NCBI GenBank assembly: GCA_947084965.1
Contig: CAMTUG010000002.1
Span: 15,434-79,433, forward strand
Direction: 5' to 3'
From: an uncultured Parcubacteria group bacterium
Lineage (GTDB): Bacteria; Patescibacteriota; Patescibacteriia; UBA9934; CAMTUG01
DNA length: 64,000 bases
Positions 38,532 to 48,336 of the stretch are shown in pieces. A program made the position numbers and the translations under genes. The notes under the pieces are model-generated. The model saw only the letters and a list, made by a program, of their open reading frames with translations, had not been told where the DNA came from and did not search any database. The first letter of the stretch is position 1. Every line of letters begins with the position of its first letter.

Positions 38532-39743
38532 ATGACAAATCCGTTTGAGAATGCCTTGGCTCAGATCAACCGGGCCGCGTCGCTTACTGCGTTTGATCCG
38601 GACTTTTTAGAGTTGATGCGTCATCCACATCGTCAGGTAAATATTGCGATTCCGGTGCGCATGGACGATGGGACGATGAAGATTTTCGAAGGTTACCGCG
38701 TGCAGCACAACAACTGGCGCGGGCCATACAAAGGGGGGATTCGCTATCATCAGGACACCAATATCGATGAAGTGAAAGCGCTTGCACTCTGGATGGCGAT
38801 CAAGTGTGCGGTTGCAGGAATTCCGATGGGCGGCGGTAAAGGAGGCGTGACGGTTAATCCAAAGCTATTGTCGGTCGGTGAACTTGAACGACTCACACGC
38901 GGCTGGGCAAAGATGATGAAGAACGTGATCGGACCAGAAGTCGACGTGCCGGCACCAGACGTGAACACCACGCCGCGCGAGATGGACTGGATCGCTGACG
39001 AATTTGGTCACCCAGCTGTTGTGACAGGAAAGACAATTCCGGCCGGAGGATCTGAAGGGCGCGGCACAGCGACGGCACAAGGCGGATTTTACGTTCTGGA
39101 AGCACTACGCACGCGCCTGTATCTCGATCCAGAATCAAGCACGGTAGCGATTCAAGGATTTGGCAACGCCGGTCAACACTTTGCTTCCCTCTGTCACCGT
39201 CATGGCTACAAAGTGATCGCCGTCTCCGATTCTTCAGGCGCTATCTACAACGAAGCCGGTCTTGATGTTCCTGCTGTCATAGAACACAAGAACGCCACGG
39301 ACAAAGTGATCGACTTTGCCGGGGCGCGCAACATCACTAATGAAGAATTACTTGCCCTTGAATGCGGCGTCCTCGTTCCGGCCGCGCTCGAAAACGTGAT
39401 CACGGGAAATAACGCCGCCGGCGTGCGAGCTAAAGTGGTGCTCGAGCTCGCCAATGGTCCGACGACTCCGGAGGCGGACGACGTCTTGTTTGGTAAAGGG
39501 ATTACGGTTATTCCAGACGTGCTCGCCAATTCAGGTGGGGTGACGGTCAGTTACTTTGAGTGGGATCAGAATATGAAAGGGGAGAAGTGGACCGAAGCGC
39601 AGGTTTTTGAAAAGCTCAAATCGCAGATCGTCGATGCGACCGAAGCGGTCTGGACGAAAAAGGAAGCGCTCAAAACGGATATGCGCCGTGCTGCCTTTGT
39701 GGTAGCCTTAGAAAGGATTCACCAAGCAATGCCAAAGGTATGA
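38532..39743 (+). CDS. gdhA: Glu/Leu/Phe/Val dehydrogenase family (glutamate dehydrogenase)
   Basis: KGGIRYHQDTNIDEVKALALWMAIKCAVAGIPMGGGKGGV active-site region; Rossmann GFGNAG. Confidence 0.9.
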   Translation: MTNPFENALAQINRAASLTAFDPDFLELMRHPHRQVNIAIPVRMDDGTMKIFEGYRVQHNNWRGPYKGGIRYHQDTNIDEVKALALWMAIKCAVAGIPMGGGKGGVTVNPKLLSVGELERLTRGWAKMMKNVIGPEVDVPAPDVNTTPREMDWIADEFGHPAVVTGKTIPAGGSEGRGTATAQGGFYVLEALRTRLYLDPESSTVAIQGFGNAGQHFASLCHRHGYKVIAVSDSSGAIYNEAGLDVPAVIEHKNATDKVIDFAGARNITNEELLALECGVLVPAALENVITGNNAAGVRAKVVLELANGPTTPEADDVLFGKGITVIPDVLANSGGVTVSYFEWDQNMKGEKWTEAQVFEKLKSQIVDATEAVWTKKEALKTDMRRAAFVVALERIHQAMPKV

Positions 39744-40078
39744 TCGAGATCACCCCACAAGAATTGAAAGCAAAACTCGACGCAAAAGAAGCATTGACGT
39801 TGGTTGATCTTCGCGATCCGCACGCGTATCAGGAAAAGCACATTCCCGGCGCGCTGAACGTTTCGGTGGGGGCGGCATTTGCGGAAGAATTTAAAGCGGT
39901 TGTGCCAGATACAGATGCAGTGATTGTGCTCTACAATGAATTCAAAGAGGACACGTCAGACACAGCGTCCGCTGCGCTTCTTGAATCGCTTGGATACAAA
40001 AATGTTTCTGTCTTGCCCGACGGATTGATGGGCTGGATGAACGCGGGATTTCAAGTTGAGTTCGGTCGGGAATCGTAA
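39740..40078 (+). CDS. rhodanese-like single-domain sulfurtransferase
   Basis: 112 aa; ITPQELKAKLDAKEALTLVDLRDPHAYQEKHIPGALNV; overlaps gdh stop by 4 nt. Confidence 0.7.
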   Translation: MIEITPQELKAKLDAKEALTLVDLRDPHAYQEKHIPGALNVSVGAAFAEEFKAVVPDTDAVIVLYNEFKEDTSDTASAALLESLGYKNVSVLPDGLMGWMNAGFQVEFGRES

Positions 40079-40183
40079 ACGCACGATTGTGAGCGGGGCC
40101 TTCGGGCCCCGTTTTCGTTTTTCACGTCAAAGATCTTCCCGTTGCGTTGAGAGGGGGTTGTGATAAGATTGACGAGTCAAAAT

Positions 40184-42514
40184 ATGGCCTACAATCACAA
40201 GCAATTAGAAAAAAAGTGGCAGGAAAAATGGGAGAAAGAAGAGCCGTGGAAGGCCGAAGATCAATCGACCAAGCCGAAGTTTTATTGTTTGGTAGAGTTT
40301 CCTTATCCCTCTGGAGCGGGGTTGCACGTTGGGCATCCGCGCAGTTACTCCGCACTGGATGCTGTGGTTCGCAAACGCCGGATGGAAGGGTTTAATGTGC
40401 TCTATCCGATCGGCTGGGACGCCTTTGGATTGCCGACGGAAAACTACGCCATCAAAACCGGCCGTAAGCCGCAAGAGATCACCAACGAAAATACCGACAC
40501 CTTCCGCCGTCAATTGAAAGCTCTCGGACTGAGTTTTGATTGGTCACGCGAGGTGAACACCACCGACCCCGCCTACTACAAATGGACGCAGTGGATGTTT
40601 CTTGAGTTTTTCAAAGCTGGTCTCGCCTACAAAGCGAAGACGATGATCAACTGGTGTCCGAAAGACAAAATCGGTTTGGCGAACGAAGAGGTGGTCCAGG
40701 GCTGTTGCGAGCGCTGCGGTACAACTGTCGAAAAGCGCGAGAAGGAACAGTGGATGATCGCCATTACCAAATACGCGGATCGGTTGATTGATGATTTGAA
40801 GACCGTAAATTACTTACCGAAGATCGCCAAGCAGCAAGAGGATTGGATCGGTCGCAGTGAAGGGGCAGAGATAAATTTCGAAATCCGAAATCCAAAATCC
40901 GAAACAAATCCGAAAGAGGAAAGCGCAAAAAAACATTTTGTTAAAGTTTTCACTACCCGTCCAGACACGATCGACGGCGCCACCTTTGTGGTGATCTCGC
41001 CGGAGTTGGCGAAGACATGGATGGATATTGGCTGGCAGGCATCGGATGAAGTTCGTGCCTATGTGGATAGTGCGCTGAAACGTGAAGAGGCGGATCGCAC
41101 GGCCGAGGGGAAAGAAAAAACCGGCGTTGACGCCGGGATCAAAGCGATCAATCCGTTCAATCAAGAAGAGGTTGCTGTTTGGGTCGCGGACTATGTACTT
41201 GGTCACTATGGCACAGGGGCGATCATGGCCGTGCCGCAGCATGACGAACGCGATCGCGAATTTGCCGATGCGTTTGGATTACCGATCGTTGACCGCCCAT
41301 TGATTGCGTTTGATGAAGCGGTTGCCAAAGTCGGTGGGGTCAAAACAACAAAATATAAACTGCGTGATTGGGTTTTTTCACGTCAGCGGTACTGGGGCGA
41401 GCCGATCCCGCTCGTGCATTGTGAAGAGCATGGCTGGGTGGCGGTTCCAGAGTCGGAGTTGCCAGTCGTGTTACCTCCGGTTGAAAAGTATGAACCGACC
41501 GACAACGGGGAATCGCCGCTTGCCGAGATTGCGGAGTTTGTGAACACCCAGTGTCCAACATGTGGCGGTCCTGCCAAGCGCGAGACAGACACGATGCCAA
41601 ATTGGGCAGGGTCCTCCTGGTACTTCCTCCGCTACATCGATCCGCAGAATGATCAACAGTTTGCCTCAGCCGAAAAGTTGAAGCATTGGATGCCGATCGA
41701 TCTGTACAACGGCGGAATGGAACACACTACGCTGCACTTGCTGTACTCGCGTTTTTGGAACAAGTTCTTGTTTGATAAAGGTCTCGTGCCAACGTCTGAA
41801 CCGTACGCTCGTCGTCACTCGCACGGCTTGGTGATGGCTGAAGATGGAACGAAGATGTCGAAGTCAAAAGGGAACGTGATTAATCCAGACGAAATCGTCG
41901 AGCAGTACGGCGCCGATGCACTGCGCACGTACATCATGTTCATGGGGCCGTTCGAAGAACCGGTGCCGTGGTCAACCAACGGGTTGATCGGCGTGCGTCG
42001 TTTTCTCGATAAGGTGATGACGATGAGCGAGAAGATTGGTGGGGGACCAAATGTCGAGCTCGCTCGGGTCATGGCAAAGACGATCAAAAAGATCGGTGAT
42101 GATATTGAAGCGATGAAGTTTAACACTGCGATCGCTCAGCTGATGATCTGTGTGAATGCGATGCAGGATGCCGGGGCGGTTTCATCAGAGCTTTTTGCTT
42201 CGTTCCTCAAAGTGTTGTTTCCATTCGCGCCGCACATCGCCAGCGAGCTTTGGGAAAAGACCGGCTACACCACCCTACTCGATACGGAATCCTGGCCGAC
42301 GTATGATCCGGCATTGATTGTCGATGATGTTGTTACGCTTGCGGTGCAAGTTGCCGGTAAATTGCGCGGGACGATTCAGGTCGCTCCGACCGCTGAACAA
42401 ACCGAAGTCGAACCACCCGCGCGGGCGGAAGAAAATGTTGCCAAGTGGCTTGAAGGTCAGGAAGTGAAAAAAGTAGTGTACGTTCCTGGCCGGATGATCA
42501 ACTTTGTGATTTGA
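40184..42514 (+). CDS. leuS: leucyl-tRNA synthetase
   Basis: HVGHPRSY (HIGH), KMSKSKGN (KMSKS), VFTTRPDTIDGATFVV editing-domain motif; contains an in-frame copy of the heptamer repeat element at 40874-40918. Confidence 0.95.
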   Translation: MAYNHKQLEKKWQEKWEKEEPWKAEDQSTKPKFYCLVEFPYPSGAGLHVGHPRSYSALDAVVRKRRMEGFNVLYPIGWDAFGLPTENYAIKTGRKPQEITNENTDTFRRQLKALGLSFDWSREVNTTDPAYYKWTQWMFLEFFKAGLAYKAKTMINWCPKDKIGLANEEVVQGCCERCGTTVEKREKEQWMIAITKYADRLIDDLKTVNYLPKIAKQQEDWIGRSEGAEINFEIRNPKSETNPKEESAKKHFVKVFTTRPDTIDGATFVVISPELAKTWMDIGWQASDEVRAYVDSALKREEADRTAEGKEKTGVDAGIKAINPFNQEEVAVWVADYVLGHYGTGAIMAVPQHDERDREFADAFGLPIVDRPLIAFDEAVAKVGGVKTTKYKLRDWVFSRQRYWGEPIPLVHCEEHGWVAVPESELPVVLPPVEKYEPTDNGESPLAEIAEFVNTQCPTCGGPAKRETDTMPNWAGSSWYFLRYIDPQNDQQFASAEKLKHWMPIDLYNGGMEHTTLHLLYSRFWNKFLFDKGLVPTSEPYARRHSHGLVMAEDGTKMSKSKGNVINPDEIVEQYGADALRTYIMFMGPFEEPVPWSTNGLIGVRRFLDKVMTMSEKIGGGPNVELARVMAKTIKKIGDDIEAMKFNTAIAQLMICVNAMQDAGAVSSELFASFLKVLFPFAPHIASELWEKTGYTTLLDTESWPTYDPALIVDDVVTLAVQVAGKLRGTIQVAPTAEQTEVEPPARAEENVAKWLEGQEVKKVVYVPGRMINFVI
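40874..40918 (+). repeat. heptamer repeat (AAATCCG-like x4) inside leuS coding sequence, in frame
   Basis: aaatttcg|aaatccg|aaatcca|aaatccg|aaacaaa|tccgaaa, ~85% identical to the trxA-trxB element; encodes EIRNPKSETNPKE, about 12 aa longer than this loop in E. coli/Thermus LeuRS. Confidence 0.55.
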
Positions 42515-42558
42515 TCGTTGAGGGTTATTTGGAATTTGAGATTCGGGATTTGGTGCTT

Positions 42559-43812
42559 ATGAAAGTTGTTGTTGTCGGAACGGGATACGTCGGCCTCGCC
42601 TGTGTCGGGTTCGTGACCATGGGTCACGAAGTTGTCGGGGTTGATGTTGATGCCGGCAAGATCGAACGATTGAATCACGGGGAGTTACCGATCCACGAAC
42701 CGGGGCTTGCCGAGCTTGTGATAGACGGAATGCGTGAGGGGAAACTTCGCTTTACGACGAATTTGCCGGAGGCGCTTACGGGCGCGGACGTTTGCTTTGT
42801 TTGTGTTGGGACGCCGTCGCTTCCTGATGGGAGCGTGGATTTGCAATACATCGAAGCAGCCGTCGCTTCTGTGCGAGCCGCGAAAGAACCACAGACGGTT
42901 GTTGTTATTAAGAGCACGGTGCCGGTTGGAACGTGCAATCGATTTGGTGTTGTTTCCAATCCGGAGTTTCTCGCGGAAGGACGCGCCGTACAAGACTTTT
43001 TACATCCTGATCGCGTGGTGATCGGCACGACCGATCCTCTGGCCAAAGAAGTCATGCTCGCGGTGTACGCTTCGCTCGACTGCCCAAAACTTGTGATGGC
43101 GCCAGCGTCGGCGGAACTGACCAAGTACGCGGCCAACGGATTTCTTGCCACCAAAATTTCATTCATCAACGAGATCAGTGCGATCGCGGAGAAAGTCGGA
43201 GCAGACATCCGCGATGTGGCGCAGGCGATCGGTGCCGATCCGCGTATTGGCCCGCACTTTTTGCGGGCTGGAATTGGCTACGGCGGATCCTGTTTTCCAA
43301 AAGATACAGAAGCACTGATGAAGATCGCGGATCTGAACGCTGTTGATTTTGCGATGTTGAAAGCGGCAAAAGTCGCCAACGACCGGGCCCGGGAACGGTT
43401 TGTCCAAAAGGTGATCGCTACAACGGGCGCGCAGGCTAAACTCGCGGTGTGGGGACTGGCTTTTAAAGCACAGACCGATGACGTGCGTAAGTCCGCGGCG
43501 ATTGATGTGATCGAATTGTTGCTTGCTCGCGGCGCCTCAATCACGGTCTATGATCCGATGGCGACCGAGAATGCCAAGAAGGTTCTCGGGGAACGTGTGC
43601 GCTATGCGTCCACCGCCCTCGAAGCAACGACCGAAGCGGATGCTCTCCTCGTTTTAACCGAATGGCCAGAGTTCAAAAACCTGATACCGGCTTCAGGAGC
43701 CGGTATCGGATTCCCGCATCATATTTTCGACGGTCGCAATCTGTTCGCAGATATGCACCTTGCAGAGAAGGGCTATGCCTACGTGGGTGTTGGTTTGGGC
43801 CAGACGGTTTAA
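42559..43812 (+). CDS. ugd: UDP-glucose/GDP-mannose 6-dehydrogenase family
   Basis: N-terminal Rossmann MKVVVVGTGYVGL, catalytic GGSCFPKD. Confidence 0.85.
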   Translation: MKVVVVGTGYVGLACVGFVTMGHEVVGVDVDAGKIERLNHGELPIHEPGLAELVIDGMREGKLRFTTNLPEALTGADVCFVCVGTPSLPDGSVDLQYIEAAVASVRAAKEPQTVVVIKSTVPVGTCNRFGVVSNPEFLAEGRAVQDFLHPDRVVIGTTDPLAKEVMLAVYASLDCPKLVMAPASAELTKYAANGFLATKISFINEISAIAEKVGADIRDVAQAIGADPRIGPHFLRAGIGYGGSCFPKDTEALMKIADLNAVDFAMLKAAKVANDRARERFVQKVIATTGAQAKLAVWGLAFKAQTDDVRKSAAIDVIELLLARGASITVYDPMATENAKKVLGERVRYASTALEATTEADALLVLTEWPEFKNLIPASGAGIGFPHHIFDGRNLFADMHLAEKGYAYVGVGLGQTV

Positions 43813-45166
43813 GAGCCCGTCGTGGCGACTCTTTTTTGTTTTATTGGCGTTCGTCTTTGGGGTTGGTGTGCATTCGTGGATTGACTCTCCTCTTCCGAGC
43901 GACGTGTTACTTATCGTAGCTGGGGGGTGTTTGCTGATCGCTGTCCTGCCGCTGCGCTACTCATGGATCGTATTTGTAAGTTTTGTCGCCTTCGCTTTTT
44001 TTCTCGGCCTGTGGAGATATACGGTCAGTTTTCCCGTCACCACAAACTCCATCGCTGATGTCATTGGAGCAGCCGTACGCGTGCAGGGAACGGTGGTCCA
44101 TGATCCGGAGCATCGCGAGGCTCGGCAGTCAATCATCCTTGACGATCTGTCTGTTAATGGGGAGAAGAAAGCAAACAAACTGATCGCCTTTCTCCCGCGG
44201 TATCCGGAATTACAGTATGGGGACGTCGTTTCGTTTCGTTGTGATCTCAAAGCGCCGCAACCGTATGATGGGTTTCGTTATGATCGTTATCTGCTCGCCA
44301 AAGGGGTCGTGGCGACCTGTTTTAGCTACGATGTACCGCTCGTGATTTCGCACAACGAGGGAGCGATTATTCGTCGTACGTTGTTTACGCTCCGTTCCGA
44401 GATGGAAGCCGCTTTGCATCGTGCACTTCCAGACACGCACGCGCGCCTCGCCGCCGGGTTGTTGCTTGGGGTGCAGGAACTTCCTGAATCAACCGAAGAG
44501 GCGTTTCGGGAAACAGGCACAGCACACATCATGGCTGCATCGGGATATAACGTCGGTGTGGTCCTTACGATCATGCTCGGTGGGGTTGCTTATGTTTTGG
44601 AACGCCGCCGGGCATTCTGGTTTTTATTGATCGGGTTGATCGTTTACGTTCTTCTCGCTGGAGCCGAAGCCGCAGTTGTCCGTGCGGGGATCATGGCGGG
44701 CGTCCTGCTACTTGCGCGTGAATCGGGTCGAGCAACAACGCCGCGCAATCTTCTCGTTTTGGCGGCAGTGATCATGCTCGCTGTCAATCCACGTTTGCTT
44801 CGTGATGATGTCGGGTTCCAACTCTCGATGCTCGCCACCGTTGGACTAGCGATCGCTGCACCAAAGATTTCTCAACGATTGGAGTTCGTACCTGAGGCGT
44901 TCGGTTTGCGTGAAGCGCTGAGCGCCACGCTCGCGGCAACACTGTTCACACTCCCCATCACCGTATGGAACTTCGGTGTGCCGTCCATCATCAGCCCGAT
45001 CGCCAACCTGCTCGTTCTTCCGTTCATTCCGTATGCCATGGCACTCTCGGCGATCGCTGGTCTTGCAGCCTGGATTGTCCCTTCCGTCGCTCCGTTCATC
45101 GGCGGTCTCGCCTGGGGATTTCTTGAGTTGATGTTACTGATCGTTGAAGCACTAGCCAGCGTATGA
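43775..45166 (+). CDS. comEC: ComEC/Rec2 N-terminal part (OB/DUF4131 plus polytopic competence domain)
   Basis: ~10 TM, ComEC-typical segments (AASGYNVGVV, FQLSMLATVGLA); start ambiguous (43760 or 43775), overlaps ugd 3' end. Confidence 0.8.
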   Translation: MPTWVLVWARRFKSPSWRLFFVLLAFVFGVGVHSWIDSPLPSDVLLIVAGGCLLIAVLPLRYSWIVFVSFVAFAFFLGLWRYTVSFPVTTNSIADVIGAAVRVQGTVVHDPEHREARQSIILDDLSVNGEKKANKLIAFLPRYPELQYGDVVSFRCDLKAPQPYDGFRYDRYLLAKGVVATCFSYDVPLVISHNEGAIIRRTLFTLRSEMEAALHRALPDTHARLAAGLLLGVQELPESTEEAFRETGTAHIMAASGYNVGVVLTIMLGGVAYVLERRRAFWFLLIGLIVYVLLAGAEAAVVRAGIMAGVLLLARESGRATTPRNLLVLAAVIMLAVNPRLLRDDVGFQLSMLATVGLAIAAPKISQRLEFVPEAFGLREALSATLAATLFTLPITVWNFGVPSIISPIANLLVLPFIPYAMALSAIAGLAAWIVPSVAPFIGGLAWGFLELMLLIVEALASV

Positions 45167-46038
45167 AAAAGCGGACACAAAAACAGATCTCGCTTCTCGT
45201 CGCACTTGTCGCGATGGTACTGCTCGCCGTCGCTCAGTGGGTATATGCCGGCCATACGCTCGGTGATGATCGCCTGATCGTCTGGTTTTTTGATGTGGGC
45301 CAAGGCGATGCGATTTACATCGAATCCCCCACAGGGTACCAGATGCTCATTGACGGTGGTCCGGGCGACGCGGTCCTTTCCAAGCTCTCGAGCGTCGTGC
45401 CGTTTTGGGATCAGTCGATCGATGCTGTCCTGCTGACCCATCCCCATGCTGACCATCTCGATGGGCTTGTTGAAGTTGTTGATCAGTACACGGTGGACGC
45501 TGTGTATCTCACTCATGTTGACTATTACACGCCCGCTCTCCCCGAGTTCGAACGAAGAGTTTCTGACGACGAGCAGATCGTCGAAGTCACGCGGCCGATG
45601 ATGATTGATTTGGGTGGAGGCGCACGCATGGACATCATCTTTCCGATTCACTCCCTCGTCAATCAACGGATCGACGACGTGAACGACTCCTCGATCGTTG
45701 CGCTTCTGACGTATGGTGGCACAACGGTATTACTCACTGGTGATGCAACCGCGCTTGAGGAACCCCAAATTGCGGAATCGATTGATGGGGAAGTGGACGT
45801 GCTAAAAGTCGGACATCACGGCAGTCGGTACTCCTCGAGCTCGGCGTTTCTTAAAGATATCGACCCAGAAGTCGCAATCATTTCTTGTGGTCGGGATAAT
45901 AGCTACGGCCATCCGCATCAAGAAACGCTCGAACGTCTCCGAGCGATTGGCGCCACGATTTTACGCACAGATACGATGGGAGATATCCGGCTTACGAGCG
46001 ATGGTAATGAACCCGAGCTTGTATCTCTGCCGCTCTGA
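45163..46038 (+). CDS. ComEC C-terminal MBL-fold domain as separate ORF with own TM anchor
   Basis: DVGQGDAIYIE, LLTHPHADHLDG, LKVGHHGSRYSSS, SCGRDNSYGHPH; ATGA overlap with upstream ORF, different frame. Confidence 0.8.
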   Translation: MKKRTQKQISLLVALVAMVLLAVAQWVYAGHTLGDDRLIVWFFDVGQGDAIYIESPTGYQMLIDGGPGDAVLSKLSSVVPFWDQSIDAVLLTHPHADHLDGLVEVVDQYTVDAVYLTHVDYYTPALPEFERRVSDDEQIVEVTRPMMIDLGGGARMDIIFPIHSLVNQRIDDVNDSSIVALLTYGGTTVLLTGDATALEEPQIAESIDGEVDVLKVGHHGSRYSSSSAFLKDIDPEVAIISCGRDNSYGHPHQETLERLRAIGATILRTDTMGDIRLTSDGNEPELVSLPL

Positions 46039-46096
46039 GCATCTTGACGAGCTTCGTACTCGGTGCTACGATTCGCACAATTAAACGTCAATTTTT

Positions 46097-46561
46097 ATGG
46101 GAGCAACGATCCAACGTACACTGATTCTCTTGAAGCCAGACGCCCTCCAGCGCGATCTGATCGGCGCGGTGGTCGGTCGATTTGAACGTAAAGGGTTGAA
46201 GATTATCGGGATGAAGATGATCCGTCTTGAAGACGCCGTTCTCGACACCCACTATGCCCACATCGCTGACAAGCCGTTCTACAAGGACGTCAAAGAATTC
46301 ATGATGTCGACCCCGGTCGTGGCCATGGTGCTCGAAGGCCAGGATGCGATCGCGGCTGTGCGCCTGATTCTCGGACCGACACGCGGATACGAAGCGGACG
46401 CCGGATCGATCCGCGGGGATTTCTCCATTGGGGTCGCCAGCAACTTGGTGCACGCTTCAGATTCCGCCGAAGCCGCGACTGCGGAGATCGATCGTTTCTT
46501 TAACGTCAATGAACTGTTTGAGTACGAAAAGATCACTGACAAGTTCTTTTACGAAGGTTAA
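46097..46561 (+). CDS. ndk: nucleoside diphosphate kinase
   Basis: LILLKPDALQRDLIG, catalytic His in NLVHASDS; terminator hairpin 46580-46609. Confidence 0.92.
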   Translation: MGATIQRTLILLKPDALQRDLIGAVVGRFERKGLKIIGMKMIRLEDAVLDTHYAHIADKPFYKDVKEFMMSTPVVAMVLEGQDAIAAVRLILGPTRGYEADAGSIRGDFSIGVASNLVHASDSAEAATAEIDRFFNVNELFEYEKITDKFFYEG

Positions 46562-46833
46562 CGAATTTCTAATTTTCCACAGAGCGTTTGACAGATGTCA
46601 GACGCTCTGTTACGTTTACTCCAGATATGGCTATTAACTCGATGCAGATTACGAAGTGGCTCGGACTCAACCTCGATTGTGTCCGTTTTGTCGTACTTCC
46701 GTACGCACGGGCGATGGCCAGAGTGGGTTGATAAGGAGAACAAACATGTTCTGAAGATCAAACCGGCCATCGCTCAACGAGCAGTGGTCGGTTCCGTTTT
46801 CAGAACCGTCAACGCACCTAGGGAGACCACACG

Positions 46834-47196
46834 ATGCCTGCTACCGCCGCCGCGCTCGCTTCCGTCATGTTCGCTGCCGAAGCCTACGTCCAGGGTGCCG
46901 ATGTTCCGATGGACGAAGTCCATGTCCACATCTGCATCCTCGAAATCCTCGGCCTGCGGGACGGTCAGCAGGTGATCCTCTACACCGGCGATCGACACGA
47001 CGCCGAGCGTCTGCAGAACCGGTCTCGCCATGGTCTGTCGACCCCTCAATGCGTCATCGTGCGCGCCGTCACGGACCAGAACAAGGATCGAAGCGTCCAG
47101 GTTCATGTCACGATTGCTGAGCTGATCCGCACGCACGGGGCCGGCATGGTCCTCTACTCGCGCAGCGGCAGTCGCGCCCTGGTTTCGCTGAGCTAG
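46834..47196 (+). CDS. hypothetical 120-aa protein with foreign GC3-rich codon usage
   Basis: GC ~65%, nearly all codons end G/C; SD AGGGAG 6 nt upstream; antisense 146-aa ORF judged spurious; followed by GC-clamp hairpin gccggcccgggaacactccccgggccggc. Confidence 0.5.
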   Translation: MPATAAALASVMFAAEAYVQGADVPMDEVHVHICILEILGLRDGQQVILYTGDRHDAERLQNRSRHGLSTPQCVIVRAVTDQNKDRSVQVHVTIAELIRTHGAGMVLYSRSGSRALVSLS

Positions 47197-47484
47197 AGCA
47201 TCTCGCTCGCTCACCCATCATCGCGCCGGCCCGGGAACACTCCCCGGGCCGGCCCAATCTCAACTTGCATCCAGGAATAAGATCTGTTAGCATCGTTTTG
47301 TCCTATGGAATCTCTCCCTGCCAATTCAGTCGGGTTCGCTCAGCGCTATTGGGTTATTTTTAGCCTCGTCCTTATTAGCTGAGGTCATTTTTGTTCATAA
47401 ACGCGGCCACGTGAACAGGAATGACCTCGCCTAAAAGCGAGGCGTTTGCTTTTTAAGCCCCATTCCGCTAATCTCACCCTTCTT

Positions 47485-48249
47485 ATGCCAGCAAATCAAC
47501 CACAACAGTACAAAACGATCGGCATTATCGGCGGCGTCGGACCGATAGCTACGGCGGATTTTTTCCAGAAACTCTTGCGTCATGTGCATGCGAGTAAGGA
47601 TCAGGAGTATCCGCGGGTGCTGATCGATTCTGATTCCCGCATCCCTGATCGTACGGCAGCAATTCTCGGCACCGGGGAGGATCCGACACAGCAGCTGATC
47701 GCTGTTGGTCACAACCTCGCTCGGGCCGGAGCGGAAGTGCTGTGCATCCCGTGTAATACTGCCCATGCCTTTTTCGATCGCGTTCAATCATTCCTGAATA
47801 CCCCGATCGTTAACATGGTGGAAGAGGTCGCCAACGCGATTCAAAAAAAATATCCTGGAGCGCGGCGTGTGGGGATTCTGGCAACGACCGGTACACGGGC
47901 GGCGAAGATTTATGACCAAGCGCTTGAATCTCGCGGACTGACCGCGGTGCATGTCTCGGAGGTCATTCAGGAGATGTATGTGATGGAAGCGATTTATGGA
48001 CGAGAGGGGATCAAAGCTGGTGGAATGTCCGTTCCAAAACAGCTGCTTGAGAAAGCGATTCGCGAACTGGAACGTGCTGGAGCGGATGTCGTGGTCCTGG
48101 CCTGTACAGAATTGCCGATCGTTCTTCAGGAAGCTTCGCTTCCGCTGATCGATAGTAATGCGGTCCTTGCTGACGCAGTGCTTGCTCGAGCGCGGTGTGG
48201 TTTAGAGCAGGAACAAGAGGCGTTCGGTCGCGTTCATTCCATAGCGTAA
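47485..48249 (+). CDS. Asp/Glu/hydantoin racemase family (aspartate racemase-like)
   Basis: Two-Cys racemase motifs (IPCNTAH, LACTELP); host-like codon usage. Start at MPANQP. Confidence 0.8.
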   Translation: MPANQPQQYKTIGIIGGVGPIATADFFQKLLRHVHASKDQEYPRVLIDSDSRIPDRTAAILGTGEDPTQQLIAVGHNLARAGAEVLCIPCNTAHAFFDRVQSFLNTPIVNMVEEVANAIQKKYPGARRVGILATTGTRAAKIYDQALESRGLTAVHVSEVIQEMYVMEAIYGREGIKAGGMSVPKQLLEKAIRELERAGADVVVLACTELPIVLQEASLPLIDSNAVLADAVLARARCGLEQEQEAFGRVHSIA

Positions 48250-48336
48250 CCCGCACATCTCCCGAACGTTTCGGGGGATGAACGGGGTGCACTATGGCCC
48301 CACCGTCGACACACCCAACCCAGCGAGGAAACCGCC

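Noticed and set aside
46774-47214. 146-aa minus-strand ORF
   Set aside because: Antisense to the GC3-rich + ORF 46834-47196, which has an SD and a consistent codon pattern; the minus frame is compositionally artefactual.
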